Shown here piece after piece: positions 60,437-64,000 of a stretch of 64,000 nt of DNA (within the stretch, counting starts at the first letter, position 1; each line of letters starts with the position of its first letter). Both the position numbers and the translations under genes were made by a program. The notes under the pieces are model-generated. The model searched no databases and was not told where the DNA came from. It saw only the letters and a list, made by a program, of their open reading frames with translations. Source of the DNA: Phaeosaccion multiseriatum (lineage: Eukaryota > Protista > Ochrophyta, other classes); contig OZ218965.1 of NCBI GenBank assembly GCA_965112735.1, forward strand, positions 2,046,001-2,110,000, in the 5' to 3' direction.

Positions 60437-63400
60437 GTGTTTGCGTGTGTGTGTGCGTGTGTGCGTGTGTGCGTGTGTGTGTGTGTGTGCGTGTGTGTGT
60501 GTGTGCGTGTGTGTGCGTGTGTGCGTGTGTGTGTGTGTGCGTGTGAATGTCCTTCCTTGCTCTGCCCTGCCCTGCCGTGCCCCTGACAGACGGAGGCCTC
60601 TCTCCAGCTGCAGTCGATGGTGGCGGTGCTGGATGCCGTCCTCTGCAAACTCCCCGACTGGGCCATGGGCGGGGGCATCCCTGATCCACAGGCTGCCCTT
60701 CCATGGCAGTCCCCCGGGGGCCCGCTTGACGGCTCCATCACAAAGGCCACCGCTGCACAGGAGGTGTGTGTGCGTGTGTGTGTGTGTGTGTGTGTGCGTG
60801 TGCGCGCTTTGCTTGTTCTTCCTTCTAAATTGTAATGTGCCCGCTCCTCCTCCTCCTCCTCCTCCTCCTCCTCCTCCTCCTCCTCCTCCTCCTCCTCCTC
60901 CTCCTTTCCCTCCTCCTCCTGCTGCTGCTGCTGCTGCTGCTGCCCCCCCCTGCCGGACCCTCTGCCATTCACTGCCATCCCAGTGCACCAAGCTGCTGTG
61001 CGGGCTGGTGGATCTTCTCCTACAGTGGCAGCCCTCCCCCGCCGTAATGTTCTCTCTGCAGCTGCAGTTCTTGGACGGGGCGAGGCGCTTTCTGCGATTC
61101 CACCAGGACCTGCTGTCCAAGGTGCTGCAGGTACAGGCATATAGGCATGTCTAAGGAGGGAAGGGAAGAGGAGGGGAGGGGAGGGAGACGGTTGGTGCCG
61201 CCGTTGGTGCCCACCATCATCTTGAGAGAGGGAGGGGTGGTGGCAGGCCTCGTTGGAAGGGTTCGTGCTGCTGCCCGCCTCTCTCACTCACTCACCGGGC
61301 CTCTCTCCTGCTGTCGTCGGCTGACCACCCCCAATGTCATGGACTGCCATCCATTGCCATCCCTCCTCTCCTCTTCTCCTCATCAGCGCTTCTTCGAGGG
61401 CATCGGCTACATGGACCCCTGGCTGCAGGTGAGGCAGTCGGTGATACAGAGTGAGTGAGTGAGTGAGTCAGTTGGTGATACAGAGTGAGAGTGAGTGAGT
61501 GAGCCAACTGACTGACTAAATTAATTAATACTGACTGACTAATTAATTTAGTCAGTCAGTTGGTCGTACAGAGTGAGTGAGTGAGTGAGGAAGTGAGTCA
61601 GTTGGTGATAACGGAGTGAGTGGACCCCCGACTGCAGGTCAGGCAATCAGACTGTCTGTGAGTGAGTGAGCGAGTGAGTGATTAAGTGAGTGTTAAGAAA
61701 TTAAATAATGCAATCAGTCACTGAGTGAGTGAGGGAGTGAGTGACTAAGTGAGTGAGTGTGAGTGAGTGAGTGAGTAGGTGAGTAAGTGAGTTGAGTCAG
61801 TGACTGAGTGAGGGAGTGAGGGAGCGAGTGAGCGAGTGAGTGAGTGATTGAGTGAGTGAGTGGGTGAGTGACTGAGTGAGTGACTGAGTGACTGAGTGAC
61901 TGAGTGACTGAGTGAGTGGGTGAGTAAGTAAGTGAGTGAGTGAAGTGAGTAAGTGAGTGAGTATGAGCACATGCTACACGCAGTGCACTCATAGGCGTGA
62001 CGGAGGGTGGGCGTCAGTAGGCCGTTTCGGTTTCATTTTAGGGCACCGGTGCACTCACACCACATCCACCATATCTCCTGCATCCCCTGCCATCCCCTGC
62101 CATCCACTGCCATCCCCCCGTCCAGCCGGGGTCCCCCCTGGGCCTGTTGTCCAAGGACGCTGTATCCCTGCGCAAGAGGGCGTCAGCGGCGTGCATCAAC
62201 GCGGCCAAGGAGCTTGCTGACGTCATGCTCGAGGTGCTGCCCGCTCTCTGCAGCAAGGTAAGTCAGTGACTCAGTGACTCAGTGACTCAGTCATCAGGGG
62301 AAGTGACTCAGTCATCAGGGGAGGGGGGATGGCAGCTCACGGGAGACAGGATGGCAGTTAATGGGACGGACGGACGGACGGACGGACAGACAGAACGTGC
62401 TGCGTGCGTGCACAGTGAAGTCATTCGCCACATACACATACGTAATTGTTAGGATGATTCCTAAACGTCGATCAAACACCCCCCCCCCGCCCTCCTGCTC
62501 ATGCTCCCTTCCCTTCCCTTCCTTCCTTCCTTCAGGTGCAGGAGCTTACCCTCCGTGGTGTGCTGAGCGAATCACAGAAGCAAAGTATGCACGAGATGCT
62601 TGTGCTCAGCAGCAACGCGGCCCCTGACGTGCAGCAGAGGAGGAGCTTCGTGGAGGATGTGTTGAGTCAGTCTGTGGCCTTCTGGACCAGCCCAGATGTC
62701 ACGCAGGTGAGAAGGAAGGGGGGGAGAGAGGGAGAGAGGGAGGGAGGGAGGGAGGGAGAGAGGGAGGGAGAGAGGGAGGGAGGGAGGGAGGGAGGGAGAG
62801 TGAGGGAGGGACGGAGGGAGAGGGAGGGAGGGAGGGAGGGAGGGAGGGAGGGAGGGAGGGAGGGAGGGAGGGAGGGAGGGAGGGAGGGAGGGGAATGAGG
62901 AGGGGGTTGAGGGCGTCGGTCCTGCCGGGGTCACAAAATGCACGCACGCACGCACGCACACACCCACACTCTGCTCCGGCCTGGTGAGCCTCCTTTGTGA
63001 GCATCCTCCTCGGCGAGAGCACGCAAACAATAGTACCGAGGGCTCTGATCCATATATGCCTGCCTGCCCATATGCCTGCCTACCAGACCTTGTCCACGCC
63101 GCAGGCCTTCCTGACCGCGCTGGGGGTTCCTCTTGGGATGGCAGCCAACGGGACCCCGCTTCCTCTCGACCCTACCGCGTCCGCTCGAGCGTCGCTCTTC
63201 TCTCAGGGGCTGCGCTCGGCTCTCAACACCTTCGCTTCTGTGGGCAAGCGTGTGGCGAGGGACCCCCGGATACGCATCACTGTACACGCAGAGGTAAGCA
63301 CGCTAGTTGGTCATGCACTGCCTCGTGTATGCCATACGAGGGGGGTGTAGGAGGGCAAAGGAACAAAGAATCAACACATGACCCTGTCCCTCCTTATCCC

Positions 63401-64000
63401 GATCCTCATGTAGCGTCATGTGGCGCCCCCCCCCCCTGCCCATACACCTACACCTCTACCCTGCTTTGCCCATACACCTCTCTTCCCTGCCCATACACCT
63501 CTGCCCTGTCCTGCCCTGCCCTTTTGCACCTCTGTGTCTCGTCGCTGCTGTACCTCCACCCACCTTTCTACCCACCTCTCCACCCACCCCTCCACTCACC
63601 CACCCACACACACTCACACACGCATCCACTGCAACTCACCCGTTGACTTGCTTCCCCTCCACCCCTCCACCCCTCCACTGCCATCGCCCCTTAACTTACT
63701 ACCTTTCCACCCACTAGTCGTCTCTGGCATGCCCGACCAGTGCCCAGCTGGAAGCGTGTGACGCCTTTTCCTCTGTGTGGCGCAGAGTGCTTCCGAACCT
63801 TCTGAGTCTCATCAGGGTGCTCCACCTGCTCTGGAGCCCGGACATTAGGGCGGGCCTGCTGCAACATCCAGTGGTGAGGGGTGGGGGGCAGTGGATGGCA
63901 GTGGATGGCAGTGGATGACATTCTGTGTCTTTTACTTGTCTTTTGCTTTCCCTCTTTTGCTGAGAAGTCTCCCCTCCCCTCTCCTCCCCTCTCCTCCCCT
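56234..64000 (+). CDS. XPO5: Exportin-5 (importin-beta family), 3'-partial, multi-exon
   Basis: VRHFALHCLEH..RDKW, VKEKIAALVADIAKREFPQQW, QAEL....L..LVED, LPSDRRNNIL, EEEFSDLDEYNAFF, QKQSMHEMLVLSSN match the XPO5/HASTY pattern; exons join in phase to the window end. Confidence 0.88.
57221..57930 (+). repeat. 117-bp tandem repeat containing exon end and splice donor (5 full, 1 partial, 1 degenerate copy)
   Basis: GGACTTCGTGTATGCATACCTCT starts at 57221, 57338, 57455, 57572, 57689 and 57806. Confidence 0.95.
60138..60545. repeat. (GT)n microsatellite, intronic
   Basis: ~400 bp of GT/GC dinucleotide repeat. Confidence 0.95.
61504..61563. repeat. Perfect 24-bp inverted repeat with 12-nt loop
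   Basis: CCAACTGACTGACTAAATTAATTA (61504-61527) and its exact reverse complement (61540-61563). Confidence 0.95.

Noticed and set aside
59864-61287. Long VC/HT-repeat ORFs
   Set aside because: (GT)n microsatellite in an XPO5 intron; the same applies to similar ORFs at 1.1-3.5, 27.8-28.6 and 52.6-53.3 kb.
1-64000. tRNA, rRNA, telomeric repeats, autonomous transposons
   Set aside because: No cloverleaf, rRNA, TTAGGG-type array or RT/transposase motif was recognised.

Overview
Gene-dense, GC-rich, intron-rich nuclear DNA of a flagellated photosynthetic stramenopile (ochrophyte). This is inferred from signal peptide + Phe (ASAFAP-type) plastid presequences and a SIG1/mastigoneme-type EGF gene. 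About 15 protein genes can be assembled by hand from GT-AG exons: an EF-hand protein (5' partial), mitochondrial ribosomal bS18m, two tandem DUF1295 membrane proteins, LRRC61, peroxisomal carrier PMP34, two tandem paralogs of an unrecognised family, a PTS1-bearing MenE/AAE14-type CoA ligase, two tandem RCC1-repeat type-I membrane proteins, plastid transaldolase, a lumenal DUF1499 protein, a double-module SIG1/mastigoneme-like protein and exportin-5 (3' partial). Introns are filled with micro- and minisatellites, which generate most long ORFs in the ORF track. Best candidates for something new: (1) the RCC1 receptor pair, with substitutions concentrated at equivalent repeat positions, gene-conversion mosaicism, a conserved 5-nt micro-exon and a conserved GC-AG intron; (2) a ubiquitin-tail-like TLRGG motif conserved at the presequence end of both DUF1295 paralogs; (3) a dispersed 15-18-bp motif, usually next to microsatellites; (4) a perfect 24-bp hairpin and an array of decoy donor sites in exportin-5 introns. 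Exon boundaries were read by eye and need RNA-seq confirmation.
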